Positions 34,101 to 47,302 are shown, numbered from the stretch's first letter. The stretch is 64,000 nucleotides of DNA from Perkinsus chesapeaki ATCC PRA-425 (GCA_013115145.1 JAAPAO010000022.1:67444-131443), one strand, 5' to 3'. The notes: a model not told the origin generated them from the sequence alone. A program made the numbers and translations.

Positions 34101-37100
34101 CCTGCTTGGAAAAGGCACGGTGATTGGCTTGCAGTTCCGTTGCCATTTTAGCAAAGTCCTCCTCCGACCAATGAGAAGGGATTTCGTCCATCTTGTCCAT
34201 GGCGTAGGAGGACTGTGGGAGGTACTTAGCCAATACGTGAGGCATCGACAGGACTCTTAACATGGCTATCTCATGGTGGTCAATATAACCTATGCAAGAT
34301 GTAAGGCCAATAAGGCTCCTCGAAATACTCTTATAATTGCTAATATAAGATATACCACACAATGAGCTGCTAGTCTAATAATCATAATGATGATATAATG
34401 TCGTAATTATACGACGTATTATTCATATAAGGTATATAATAACAACCAAACCACTACATCCTTATTATCAACATATAACCCTCTTGTGGGGAGAGTGGTA
34501 TGGTATTATATATCACAAGTACTCACCGCCAAAAAGCATGTTGATGCATTTGCCAATCAACAACTTAAACGGTAAATTTCCTTTAACCAGCAGCAGAGTA
34601 GTGTAACCTTTAATTGGTTCTACGAATATGCTACGAAAAGCTTAAGCGGTAAAAGCAGCCTTCGCCATCAGCTTACCGTCTCCATCAAAGTCCAAGAATT
34701 CTCCAATCTCAACACTCTCAAAGCCAGTGTATTCCTCCATTGATTTCATCACAGCTGCCACATACTCCTCTATAGGTCCATCAGCCTTCTGTTGTACCCT
34801 AACAACACCACCTTCCCGATTCACACGGCAATACGGCGCCCCACTTCTGTGCCAGCATGATGGCGCTGGCTGGAGCTGCCTCCTCGCTGAAGCCTGCTAA
34901 TCTTTGGAGCTCTCCCAGCGTTATAGAGTTGGAGCCGTCGAAATCGACTACTGTGAAAACCTGAAGTATCCAAGAGAGTATCTGTGTACTAGAACGCCTT
35001 CCGGAAAGAGCAGCAGTGTGCACTTCATTAAGTAGTGTAAACGTGCGAGGCGGCTTGCTCCTATTTCGGCACCAAAGCTTCCCACTGTGCACCTTAGAAT
35101 TCTACAGCAGTCGCTCTGTAACAAGACTTGCCACGAAAAAGATGAGCAGTCAAGGCGCAGGGGGGAGATCCATGCGGATGAGGGCACCGCAACGGCGGTG
35201 GTTACCATTACTCACCGCTTTGTCTGATGGCTTCAAAGCTAGCTCTTGGAAAGATATACCTCCGTCCCTATTGGTGTCGAACTCCTTGAACCGATTATGC
35301 AAGACGAGGGAATCCAGAATTAGGCTGATGCGACGATGGTTCCTAACAGGAATGCAGAGGAGGAAGCATGCGTCAATGTGAGGAGAGAATCTCAATAGTA
35401 ATGCAGAGGAGGAAGCATGCGTCAACGTGAGGAGAGAATCTCAATGGTGGGGATGACCTACCGCCACCGTTCAGTCATATCTAGGATACGACTGATGATG
35501 AGATGTTCACAAGCAACATACCAAGCATGAGGGGGGTTGGTATTGGAGGAGCACATTATTGAGCTATCACTACGTACTTGTCTATTCCCCCGATACAGGA
35601 ATGACAATTATTTGTTATGATGCCAGCAGATACTGTACAAGTTAGCCATACAGTGTGCAATAGGCGGTGAAGTAGAATTAGACAGAGCAGTACGACAGTT
35701 GAGAGATACCTCATGTCCTTGGAGGCAGCATGAAGGACATCGCTCTCGCTGGAATCGAGATCCTCAGCGTCCTTGTCGGCAGGATATTCGACGAGGTCAT
35801 ATGCCTGCTCGAGAAGGCTGTCATAAAGAAAGCGAGGGAGAGTGGCTTACCGTTCTGGAGAAAACAGTGGCAGGGGCGGAGATGGACTTGCCGAGATCGG
35901 CAAAGTCATGGGATGTAACTCTTGTTGATGGAGATAGCTTCCTTAGGCTGAACTCCAAAGGCAGCCGGCTCCACTGACAAAGACAGGAAGCTGCTGCTGC
36001 TGTTAGTGTGATACTAGCGTGGTACTTAAGAGGCTATAGCCGTCTCCTGGCTAATATACCCGTCATCCATATAAACAGCTTATATTGCAAATGTAAAACG
36101 GTCGCGATATATTATGTACGTAGTTGAATTAGTATATTATATACTGTTATTATAAGGTAATATCAATTACTATCAGCCGAATTACCGTTCTACTGAAGAG
36201 CTATCAAGCATCAACGTGCGGGGTAAATAATCACCAAAGACAATATTTATGACTCATCAGGGCATCATGGGGCCCGAATCAACAACGTCCACAAATGGCA
36301 ATATGGTCGAAACGAACCACCGTCGTTCGCACTACGACTGTTGCGACTCCCTACTTGATCAGATTCCTGAATAAAGGAGCCAAGTTGATGATGGCCTCCT
36401 CTATGGTGTTTCCTTCTCCTATTCTCCCCCTCAGGATTCGGTGAGTAGACCTCCCCTCCTGGAGCCTGCTGTCCTGCCTCCACCTCGGGCAAGGGCGATA
36501 TAACTCCTCGGCCCTGCTGGGCAGCACTTAATGCGTTGGACGTCAAACGGGGCCGTCGACCGTAGCCGAGATAGAACTCAGTGGCAACTAGGTTATTCAT
36601 CTCATTTCCGCCAGCCATCGCTCTCAATAGACCGTAGTCACCATCTGAGGGCTCACCTACGGAAGGGGACACTGACAGACTACACAGCGGAGCGCTGGAG
36701 GGCCGATATAACTGTCACGGACATTTCTAAGCTACCAAGGGGCGTGGTGGTGAAAGGGATCGAGAACGTGTCTCTGTGGTCATAAGCCCAGAAAGAATTC
36801 AAGGCCCACCTGCTCCTAGTGAGTCCAAAGCTTGCTTGATGACCGGTACGTATCTTTCCGGCATAACAGCCAGCCGATCCTTGGCCTGCGTCACGAATGG
36901 TTCCACAGAGTAAGGCAGTAGATTGTCCCCAATCATATGAGCGATCCTGAGGGGCTACCAGTATACCACCAAATGGGCAAGCCCAAACCCACCAGAGAGC
37001 AAAGCGTCTAACAATGAGCGGCGCTCGATGAATCATCACAAGCCGTTGCCACTCGTAGCGGGACAGCACACCATCTCTGTTGGAATCAAGGTAGAAGAAG

Positions 37101-40100
37101 AGCTGATAGGAGGAGACTTGTGACGTGACGCCACCGCCGACATCTGAGACATTACCGCCTCTCCAACAGGGCCCTTCCAGCCTATGTCCTCCAAAGAGAG
37201 GTCATTATGGCGACCACCATCAAGGTCAGAGAATCTGCTCTCTAAAGTAAGCGAGTCCATCACCAACTGAACGGCAGTGTCAGCTCCTCTGGTCGATGAA
37301 CTCAGCCTGGCAGGCAAGTAGTCCGAAGGTGGGCAAAGGGCGGCGGCGGTCTACCTCCCCTGCGCTATGGTGCGATAGAGCTCTTCAAAGTCCTGGACGC
37401 GAATCTCCTGTTCTTGTTCATCAGACACTAATTCGTTAAATGCCTGATAAGAGCCATTAACCACACCGAGGGGCTATATCATCTCATGTGGTGCCCATAC
37501 ATATTCACTACTAGCTGTAATGTTATAATGCAGAAAACGCCAGTGTATAGTTGATGATAGATATATTATACATTCCGGGCTTACCGAAAATTTGTGTTTT
37601 TTGAAAGGAGAATTCCCCAGGAAGGCTAATGTGGTGTTCATCGATCCTGACGACCAGTTGTTGTTATCTTATAGAACACGTAAATATATAATAAATATAT
37701 ATTATTAATAGGCATACTGTATTCTATATTGTAAGAGTAACATAGTAAATAGTTGATGAAGATTATAATTACTGATACAGATGGTTAGGTGGTTATAATA
37801 ATACATATCATTATTATATCTCATATATAGTGACATCTTATTATATACTTCGGGACTCCCGAGAAAAAGTGGTTTTAACTAAATTCTTCAGGAGGAGGGA
37901 TATTTTAGCAACACAGGCCAAATGTTAAGTCCCTTCAAGGCCAGTGACGCCTCCCTCCTCTCTCCTCACCTCCTTATTAAATACAAAAGCTGGAGCTGCA
38001 ATGGTCCGACCAAAAGTCATGAACTCATCAAATGAGATGAGACCATCGCCATTGGTGTCCAGCAAAGCGTATATCTCAGAAGGAGCTTCTCGGAACAACT
38101 GAAGGCAACCGATCTGGACCGGAATCGACCGCTATGATGATGATGCTCACCGATACTAATGTGTGCTTGTCGGGGGCGGTCAAAAGGAGGATCCAGGAGT
38201 CCAGTATAGTGGCGACTCCGGCACGGAAGGAATCAAACCGAGGAAAAACTGACATGACCCGGGATCGACCTGGCGTCCTCAGGAGACCTACTTTCGCTGA
38301 CGTGCTTGATACCGCTGCGGAGGCCCCTCATGGTCCTAATAGGAGTTATGTCGCCCTCGAACAGACCGTCCTTCACAAACCGAGCGAATGCTCTTGTGTT
38401 CGCTGTTGTAGGGTACTTGCTGTACAGCTGCAAACGGACATAGCCATCATCGCGCCGTCTCCACGTACATGCTCCATCTTCTCCCTTAACGCCTCCACTG
38501 TCGACAGAGCCGTCTTATCCACCCAGGTGAGGGCGGCCTCCAATGCAGGCTCGGGGAACTGAACGGGGGAGCTAGATGCTGAGGGACAGATGACAGGCTC
38601 ACCCGACCGATGCGGCCAACGGTGAAGTCGACCTCTTGCGGAGCTAAGACATTCTTAAACTGAACGTGATAGGGTATGTCATGGTGCTGGTGGTAGCTGA
38701 CCAGCAAATCGGATGAGCCCGACAATACCGCTTTGGTGCTGACCTCTCAATCGTGTGCTGCACCACCGCCGGGCTGCTGCTGCCTGGCTGCCCCACTGTC
38801 ATCGAGGAGACCGTCGTCCTCTTGTGACTGAGAAGGGCACCCAATGCAAAAGCACTGCGCCTTTCAATGGTGGCCTTACTCCGAGACTCCCGGCCAAGGA
38901 GAGTGCTGTGTGGTGGTCACCACAGAAACCCTACTGTGAGGTGGACGGCCAGCAATACGAAATGGCGACCCCACCGCTGACGGCATCGGCAGGATCATAG
39001 CGCTCGGTGGCCTCGGGGCAGGCGGATGGAATATGATCCTTGGTTGGAAGGGATGAGGGGCAAATAAAGGAGCATAGTGGACAGCCCTAACAAGAGCAAC
39101 CCGCTGCTGAACCACAGTAGCCAGCAGCACTGGCTTACCCTGTAACGTGAGTTATGATTGGTGGGCTGAAGAGACGTTGACCAGACAGCAGTCTGTATGG
39201 CACTATAGGAGACTTCATCTCCCCCATGCCACTCGCCACACCCTTCAGCTCGCCTGCTCTCACCCTGGGGACAAACGGTGTCGGCTGATGCTCCTCTGGT
39301 TCAGCTTCTCTATGACCATCAATATTATTCGGCGACCAAGGCTGGCCAGGTATCACCGGGCTCTCCGGATGGTCCATATGCTCCTCCTCGGGATGGCCGC
39401 CTCCCTCCTCCTCAGGTACTCCCCCGATATCCTCTTTGGAGCCTTCTTCCTCCCCCTCAGGTCCTGCTGCCCCTCCCTCCATATCAGTCATGGCGTCCGG
39501 TACGACCGGATTGGTATCGCTCTTGGTGTCAGGGGACTCCTTACCAAATACAGCATCCAGCACCTTATCCTCTGGGCTCTCATCCTCCTCCTCGGAGGTC
39601 CCTGGTTCGATTCCCCCCGACGGCTCTTTATCATCAATCTCTCCCCCCGAAGGCTCCTCCCCCGCGACCGGGTTAGTGTCATCTCCAGGCGGCGACCCGA
39701 ATTCCTCCTCACCCTCCTCTTCAGGTATCCCTTCATCCCCATCCAGCATGCCCATCTCCACCATGGCCGCTGGCCGCACCTCCAGCAAGCTGGTTGCGCT
39801 CTCCTTCTTGTCATCACCGTAATAAGTCTTAACTATCTCCCCCAGCAGCGCGCTCTGTATTGCTTCTCTGTCCCACGCTATCTCCGGTGGCACCAACGCC
39901 TCATGTGGGACAGCCGTTTGTGGCAGCGCCCCCAGCCCATGGCAGTAGGAGTAGAGGACCTGCCCGACAACTGGAAGCATCACAGCTTCACGTCCTCGGC
40001 CACCTACCCGCTTGGTCGTATAAGTGACCCCACTCAGGCTGCGAACATCGCTCACTCGGACGAAGGTCTGCATGCCCGCCGAGGCGAATCTCCTTTCAAG

Positions 40101-42305
40101 GTCTCGAACGTCAGCCAGGACGTCGAGGTGCGGTCGAAGTCCACCACCATTGGCGTCGGTATAGATGGTGAAACTGACACCAGAGATCCTCGGCAGACCT
40201 TTTCCATTTCGACCAACCTGACGAAGCTGCCCGCGAAGCTGTGCGCTATGATGGTTCCTCTGGCACTTGAAGATACCTGCATATCCTCGCCAGTGACACC
40301 TAAGATAGCCGATAGCCGCCCGGAAGTGGTGATAGTAGACAGGCACTTACCATTCCTAAAACTGAGGTCCAAGTTGTCCTTGGTGACCTTCGACATGGCC
40401 TGCCGGAGGACCAAGTTTACCTGTCGACCAACAAGCCGTTAGAGGACACCAACAAGATAAACGTAATTGCGGCCAATTCCCAGACTTATACATTAGGCAT
40501 ACCCTACAACGGTTAGATAAGGGAATCCTAGTAACCTGCCACGGGGAGGCTAGGACACTGATACCGGATATCGGTAGCTCGATTCTAGTATGTTTGCCGC
40601 CGCCGTCCGACAGCTTTCCCGACAATAAGTCGCTGGGGCCATCAACGATCACCGCCGCTTACTCTATCTCTGAACTTCTGAGTGTTCTCTGCGTTGAGGA
40701 TCTCTATCTCTCCCTCGACCTCCATAGGAGAGTTGTCCAGTGGGCATCCTCGGAACACTTGAAGATCGAAGGATGCAGTCTGTCCAGCTGATGACATCAG
40801 CAAAGCCTTCGCCAAGCATCTCTGAGACATCCGAACTATCCAACCACACCTGCCATCAAATGCTGCCCACATGAAGGGCCGCGTGGGCCGCTCGAGCAGT
40901 CTCTTCATGCTGCTCTGGAGTGAGACCACCAACTGGTACGTGGAGAGGCTCCGTCTAATGGAGAGAAATGGTGAAGTAAGAAAAGTGGTGAAGGTCACTT
41001 ACCGAGAAGACCAGCTCGGCGAACAGACCATCCTTAGCAACATCGTATATCACCGTATAGACTGGGTTAAAGCCGGCTGCAGTGAGGGCGTGTACCCTAA
41101 TAAAATGGTAATTAGCTCCTCCTCCTCCCCACCATCGGCATAGCTCTACATGATATCCTTGATCTTATCCATAGAAGGATGCTGGACATCCTGCTCTAGG
41201 AGCACCGGGTAAGGGAAACGTACTTTACCGATAACAGCCTGAAAAAGACGACGGTGATGCTTTTCGAGACAGCTTGCACTATGGTAGCTGCACCTATCAT
41301 ATAAGCTGCTGCCGGTCTGGTAAGCATATAAAGTAACCAGACCCAGAGGCTGAACTATGTACGGTTACCACTGTACAACCTACACCCCCTTTAAAGCAGA
41401 AGACTGACAGCTTTTACCGCAAACATCTACAAGGTGGGACACTTTTATCATAGGATAGTGTTGCACTGTGAGTGTTAGAACAAAGAAGGAATCCTTAAAA
41501 GGGAACTCAGTCTCAGTATCGAGCAATACAACTGCACAGAGCGAACCCCTTGAGCGGCCCGAGTCGTATGAAAGGCTCATATCGACCAAATCCCTCCTCA
41601 GGCCCTACCGCAGCGGTTGTTGTTGGTCGTTGTTGTTGTGCCGCTGACATGACCAGCGTATTGGTCGACATGGCGAAGGACCCAGCTAATTCGTAGAAGT
41701 GGCTGGGCTGTAGGCTGTCCAATAGATGGGAGCACTGAGAATAACATCCTCACGTCACTGCGCCACAAAATTAATCCTTCTAACTCCACAAGCTGATGAA
41801 GTATACACTTGAACGCTTCGCTCGGCACACGCTCCTTCCGCCGCTGTCACCACCTAAAAGAGAGGTATTGGCAATGAAGTGATCTATTTTATAATATGAA
41901 AACGAGTAGAAGAAATGTTTTACTACGAATAAAAACCCAGCGACTTATTCTACAAACCATAGAAGTTTCCCAGTGGTACGAAAACAACAACGTCATCATC
42001 ATCAATGGGAGCCACGAGCAATAGACCACTCGCCGTTGCGGTTGCTGTACCAAATGACTTTTGGTAACAAGTAGAGTGGGAAGTGTAGACGCTGCAGAGG
42101 ACTTCACTCCTCCACCTCTTCCACTTACATGCATAAGATCAACAACACCAACCCCACCAGCGCTCATATAAGCCTCGAATGGCCGGCAAACTCGACCACC
42201 CATCGACGAGCGGCAATCAGCAGACAGAAGACCCTTTTTAGTAGCATCCACCAAGGTGGTGGTGGCTAACCCCAGCACGGAACAGCAGTAGCCTATCAAT
42301 CTCAT
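28174..42305 (-). CDS. Giant multi-exon EF-hand repeat protein, paralogue X (at least 12 EF-hand-like loops), with predicted signal peptide
   Basis: Start MRLIGYCCSVLGLATTTLVDA at 42305. Loops include DTNGDGLISFDE, DSNRDGVLSRYE, DTNRDGGISFQE, DFDGSNSITLGE, DKNNDGHLTGDE, DQDHDGKITVKE, DVNGDGLLTKEE and DLDRSGSIGRPE. Acidic exons lie at about 39135-39800 and 31050-32300. The C-terminus has EVPWALWRLIVWRHLT. Confidence 0.8.
32772..32957. repeat. Intronic 22-bp AT-rich minisatellite (aaattttccccataattttact), about 8 copies
   Basis: Read directly; lies between the DLDNDG exon and the GKLSDEE exon of gene X. Confidence 0.95.
35351..35448. repeat. 49-bp tandem duplication at an intron 3' end in gene X
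   Basis: aatgcagaggaggaagcatgcgtcaa(t/c)gtgaggagagaatctcaat occurs twice. Confidence 0.9.
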
Positions 42306-42436
42306 TAAATAGAACAGGCTGTACACATGAGACGGCGCTTGAATTAACAACTCAAAGCTGCGGTGGTGGAGGCAAATCAATCTTTGGAAGTTTATTCACA
42401 ATTTAACGACTGCTGGAAGTAGGCAAGTTGAGCTCA

Positions 42437-43690
42437 TCAGAATCTTGGACGGAATCGTTGTTTTTCACGATACTTCTTGCGAGCTTCCTTCATCTCATGA
42501 TTAAAACTAAACATCAATAAAGGCTGGTCGTGCGATTGGCCCAACACACACAAGGGAGTCGTCGAGTAGTCTCAGGTGCCAGACGGAGGAGGAATGTATG
42601 AAATGTTTCGGCCGTCGAGAAAAAATATTTTCCAGCGAAATTTCCGTTGTTTCTCCTCCACCGCATTTTTGTGAGGCGAGATGACTCCTTGATTAAATTT
42701 AATGTGATGAGACATCATCGAGGTACGTATTAGCTGGCAATTTTGTGGCGCGTGACGGAAGACCTCTTACTTTTCTTGCAGATTCTCCGGAGGTTCCCAA
42801 GTCATATCTGTATATCCCTTCCATTTAACCAAGTATTTACGCCTAACAATTAGCAATATTTCTTGCGCGCCACAAAAAATTAAACTTACCCATCAAACTG
42901 GACAATACTATCAACTATGAACCTAAAATATGGTGTCACCACCCCGTATCACCACCCTCCACCTACCGACGCTCCCCATCGTCGTCCTCAAAGCCATTCT
43001 CGACAACATCAGAGTCACTCAGTATAGACATATCACTCGATGAGGAAGAGGAGGATGAAGTGTCGTCCTAATAACAATGCCAGCGAACATCACAACTCAC
43101 TAATAACCTCATCATCGATCGGCTCGTTTGTTGGAACGATGAAATCGGACAAGTCGTCTGCGGGCTTCTTCCGTCGTTTCTTCTCCGAAACCTTGTACAG
43201 GTGCCCTACACTCCACCACTTCACTGCCGCCGCTCCCACTGCTCATCATATTACGTTTCTCTGGCTTTCGTTTAGGAGGAGGTGTTTGCTTGACAGAGCT
43301 GGCTCGAGGTGAAACTAACAACACTTCTCCATACCGCTCTCGCCGCAACTCAACGAACAATTTCAGTATACCTCCATCAGAGCTGCTCTTCCGCTTCCCA
43401 CCATCAGACCTTTTCTTTCCTTTTTTCTTTCCCTCCCCAACTCCCTCTGAAGCCGCTGTCGCCGTGGTCTCTGACGGTGACGCCGATCGTCCTGAATGAC
43501 AACGTTCCAGTCGTCCACCGAACGACCCTGGTTCGAATCCCAGGCGCTGTACCTCTTCCTATTCGTGCTAGCTCTTCGCTATCAACCGGCTTCATTTCTT
43601 CCCGTAAGAGGTACACATTCCTTCGATGAACAGCGGCGTTCAACTGGATCAACAGGTCATCCAAAGCTGACATCACATCACAGGGCAATC
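42437..43690 (-). CDS. Chromodomain-containing protein (C-terminal chromodomain split over small exons); 5' end unresolved
   Basis: Splicing GT-AG introns gives R|FIVDSIVQFDG|RKYLVKWKGYTDMTWEPPENLQE|NFNHEMKEARKKY...RF*, which has the chromodomain YLVKWKGY and TWEPxENL motifs. A Ser/acidic linker precedes it. Confidence 0.8.
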
Positions 43691-44097
43691 ATCCTTCACG
43701 CGCCACGAAAGTACGCGTTACACCTAATCTTGCTCGTGTCTATATCATCCTCGGTTAATTTAGTAATGATTTGACTACGCTGATGAGGTGGGGATGTACT
43801 CATGGGAGTATTACAAAATTCAATCTGAGAGAAGTTATCATTCATTCGATCACTGACACCTCAACTACGACTGGAATCTATCCCCCCCAGTGGAGCAGCT
43901 GACCGCGATGACTTCTCACTCTGTCCCCATTACTCATTCGACGGGCGGAATACCAATAACGAGCCAACTAAGCATTGTCAAGGCAGCAGCCTCCTCACGA
44001 TTAGTAAGTCACCGAATATTTAGTTTCAACCCAAGTCAACAACCCTGATGAAATGGAAACAACCATCACCAATAACTCAAAGTATCTCTTTGCCTCC

Positions 44098-45990
44098 TTA
44101 TACGATACGCTCAAGGTCAGTGGCGTAACCTAGAGTCAACCTAAGATACGCCCCATTCATCACTCATTACCAATCATATTCGAAATCAAATCCAACGCTG
44201 GCATCGCAGAGGCATCATCGCGGATCTTCTTGAAAACAAGCCTAGCACAGCTAGAGGTGTCAGAAAAGCGCCGACAATGGGAAGATGATACCTATCACCC
44301 TCCACAACCCAGCGGGTGCTTAGTCTGTTCCTGAGCCTCGCTTGAGCTGGTGTAGATGGATCCTCCAACTCCAAAGTCGATAGATTGGCTGAGAAAATAA
44401 GGAATGTTAATAAAAATACGATGATTAATAAAGTTGAACGGATTCCCACTAAAGCGACAACTTAGTGTAATACTTCCCAACCTACAGCCTAGGTAGAGGG
44501 GCCATATGGAGTACTCAATAGGATGTATCAACAAAAAACGGATATCTTCACTTCCACGGCGGTGGAAATGAGCTTGAAAGTGATCTGCGCTATCTTATGA
44601 GATCAAAAATTAGACATCACGTCTATGTAATGAATAGTCTGTAAATGATACCTAACTCGCCGAATGGTAGAAACGATCCCTTCTAGGTGAAGTGACCCAT
44701 AAGCATATAGCGACTGACTAAGTTCAACTGCTGACAACAGCATCTGATATGACTTTGGTAATATCGAATTCATCATCTTATTATTCGAACCTATAGAGCT
44801 GCGTTATGAAAGATTCTGCTCTTTCACTATGAGCTGCTTGTATCCCCTATACCCATTCTACCTTCATCAGCGGCCTTCCTGTCATTCTCCGCCTTAGCAA
44901 ACAACTCCAAAGACTTTTTATCATTCGGATCCATTAATAACATCTTGCACGCCGTCTTGGCGTTGAGTGAAGTATATGCCCTCTCCAAAGAGGAAGCTAT
45001 CTTAATCCTATCACATTCCGCCATCCTACCGCTCCTCTCACGAATCATCTGCTATTACCGCACTTGGTTAACCACACTCTGCAGCAGGAGCTCAGAATGC
45101 GGCAGATCCTTCGTGGCTTGGGATACGCATGCCTTCAGCTTTGTTCCATTACCCTCCATAATGCAACGCTCCACTGCTACCTAATACAACAAAGGATACT
45201 AACATACGTCGAGCACGCATATCCAACGTCGACAGCAGCAGCAGAAGCAGCAGCCAAAGATGCGTCATCTCCCACACAGAATTGAACCGGGATGATACAG
45301 AGTAAAGGGTGAAGATCCTTCATGAAGATTGAACCTTAACGTGGTTGCCGATAGGCTTATAACGGTTAGATATCCTATAGAAGCCCCCCCCCGATTTAAG
45401 CTCCTCAATGCAAGTGATATTGAACTATTCATCACTTTATGCCACAGTATTAGTCACACCTTGCTCTTTACAACCCACTGCGACTACCTTATCACGTCAG
45501 GAGATTTCTGCTATTACTACTAACTAAATGAAAATTCAACCAAAAACTAGCCCTTCGCCGATTCCCAAATGATAAACCATCTAACCCTTAGTCACTCCCA
45601 AACATGCAACTTTATCAAGCAAGTTGTTACCGGCAGTTGAATCTGTGGTGTCCTCATTAGCTCCTCCGGAAGCTGTTCCACCTCAGTATGAAACTCCCCA
45701 GTCCTATCAGCACTCTGAGGAAAGCCAGACATTAAAGTGCAGATGTTATAGAGCAATACCAATAGGAATAGGAGATAGAGCCCCATAATAGTAGGCATGT
45801 TCGGTGATGCAGCCTGGTGCTCGGGGTTCTCAAAGTAGTAGCGTCGAAGCTGGGTCACCCGCCTTTCGAAAGCTGAATTAAATAGAGTTAAGCCATCATA
45901 CGCAAGACGTCACGGAGGAATGCAGTTAGCGCTTCCTTCTGGGCCAAGCTCGCCGCAATAGGAAAACTCCTTGGTCCACGAAAAACAAAT
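44098..45990 (-). CDS. RPN12: 26S proteasome regulatory subunit Rpn12/PSMD8, multi-exon (a further 5' exon may lie at about 46700-46843)
   Basis: Exons FERRVTQLRRYYF..MGLYLLFLL, SADRTGEFHTEVEQLP, VERCIMEG, IASSLERAY, PALDLISNMI and GYATDLERIV* match the PCI-domain Rpn12 family. Confidence 0.9.
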
Positions 45991-46532
45991 TCCTGTGAGG
46001 TTAGATGAACGCATTCCAACTTCGGCAAGGATTGGCGATTATTTGTACAATAAAATATAGATTCCACTATTCAGCGTCGAGATCGCTGTTACTTTTCTTA
46101 AATGGAAGTCTAAACTTCCCCATCGATCCGCTATATAAAATACATTTTCCAATAGACGGAAATCACAGGAAATTTCCCCAAAAAATTTATCTTTCCCCGG
46201 CAAGATGTAGGCTACTGCTGGATTTATTCTATTTGTTTTTGCAGGTAACTACCAAAAATAGACTCTGAACGGCCAAAAAATGTACTCAGGATTATATCAT
46301 TAGTTGTATTGTAAATTTGTAGCGAACAAACGGTAGTAATTACTAGCAAAGTCATGAGAGTAGCAATATGAAGTGTATTAGAGGTAGTACAATATTAAAC
46401 CGTTTATGGTACCTCCCATATCCCCAGCTTTCAATGCATCGACGGCAGCGGTCTCTAGAGTACCTCTGGCCCACTTGATAAAATCATCTAAATAAAGATC
46501 ATCACATTAACAGACGAATTGCATTCTAAACT

Positions 46533-46604
46533 CGACATGAATTGACAGCATGGTATTCTTTATAGTGCGACATGAATTGACAGCATGGTATCCTTTATAG
46601 TGCG
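46533..46604. repeat. 35-bp tandem duplication
   Basis: cgacatgaattgacagcatggtat(t/c)ctttatagtg occurs twice. Confidence 0.9.
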
Positions 46605-47302
46605 TTCTTGTACAGATTCCCTAACAACAAGTCCTCCAATTTTCCCCTGTATCTTCGTTTCTATATATTATATTTTCCCCAATCCATACCAACCTTGTGT
46701 TTTTAATCCCAATGTATTCCTTGCCTTAACAATGTCATCAGTGGGTGTGAACCCAAGAGCTAGCATGGCTACCTGCGACCACCTCCTTTCAAAGGCCACA
46801 CTGATATTATTACCTCGGATTTGTCAATAGTAGCTGTCGACATTATACCAAGTTGGTTGGTAACGGTATGGTGGCATGATGTTGAGCTTCACGCGCCACG
46901 AAATGTAGCGCACGCCCAGCGGCTCATTTTCGATTTGCGTGCCAATGGCGCTGGGAAAGATACAAAATAGGTCAACTTGGTTACCCCTTTCAGCTTGCTT
47001 GATTGTATGAAGGCCCGGATAAATTTACGGCGGAAAACCCCTGGATCGCCTATGGCTGCCACACAGGCTGTGACCATCCCTGCAATAGGTAGACTCAGAC
47101 TTTATTTTGATTTGAGCCTTGGCAAATAAACTTAATGGGGTCAAAAATGGAGAATGTTACCTATAAGAAGGGAAATGAAGTGTGGAATGCATTTCAATAG
47201 AAGTCTTACAAGATTATCAGTTCATCTTACCGGCGAACGCATTCCAGGTTTCCTATCCGTCTAGGGGCATGATTCTTGCAACATGTCCATCGTGTGTCTG
47301 CA

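Noticed and set aside
39147-40442. 431-aa plus-strand ORF (also 31141-31926, 31398-32264, 24428-25054 and similar)
   Set aside because: These are antisense shadows of acidic low-complexity exons. Their Leu/Ser/Pro bias mirrors GAA/GAG/GAT codons, and they show no independent motifs.
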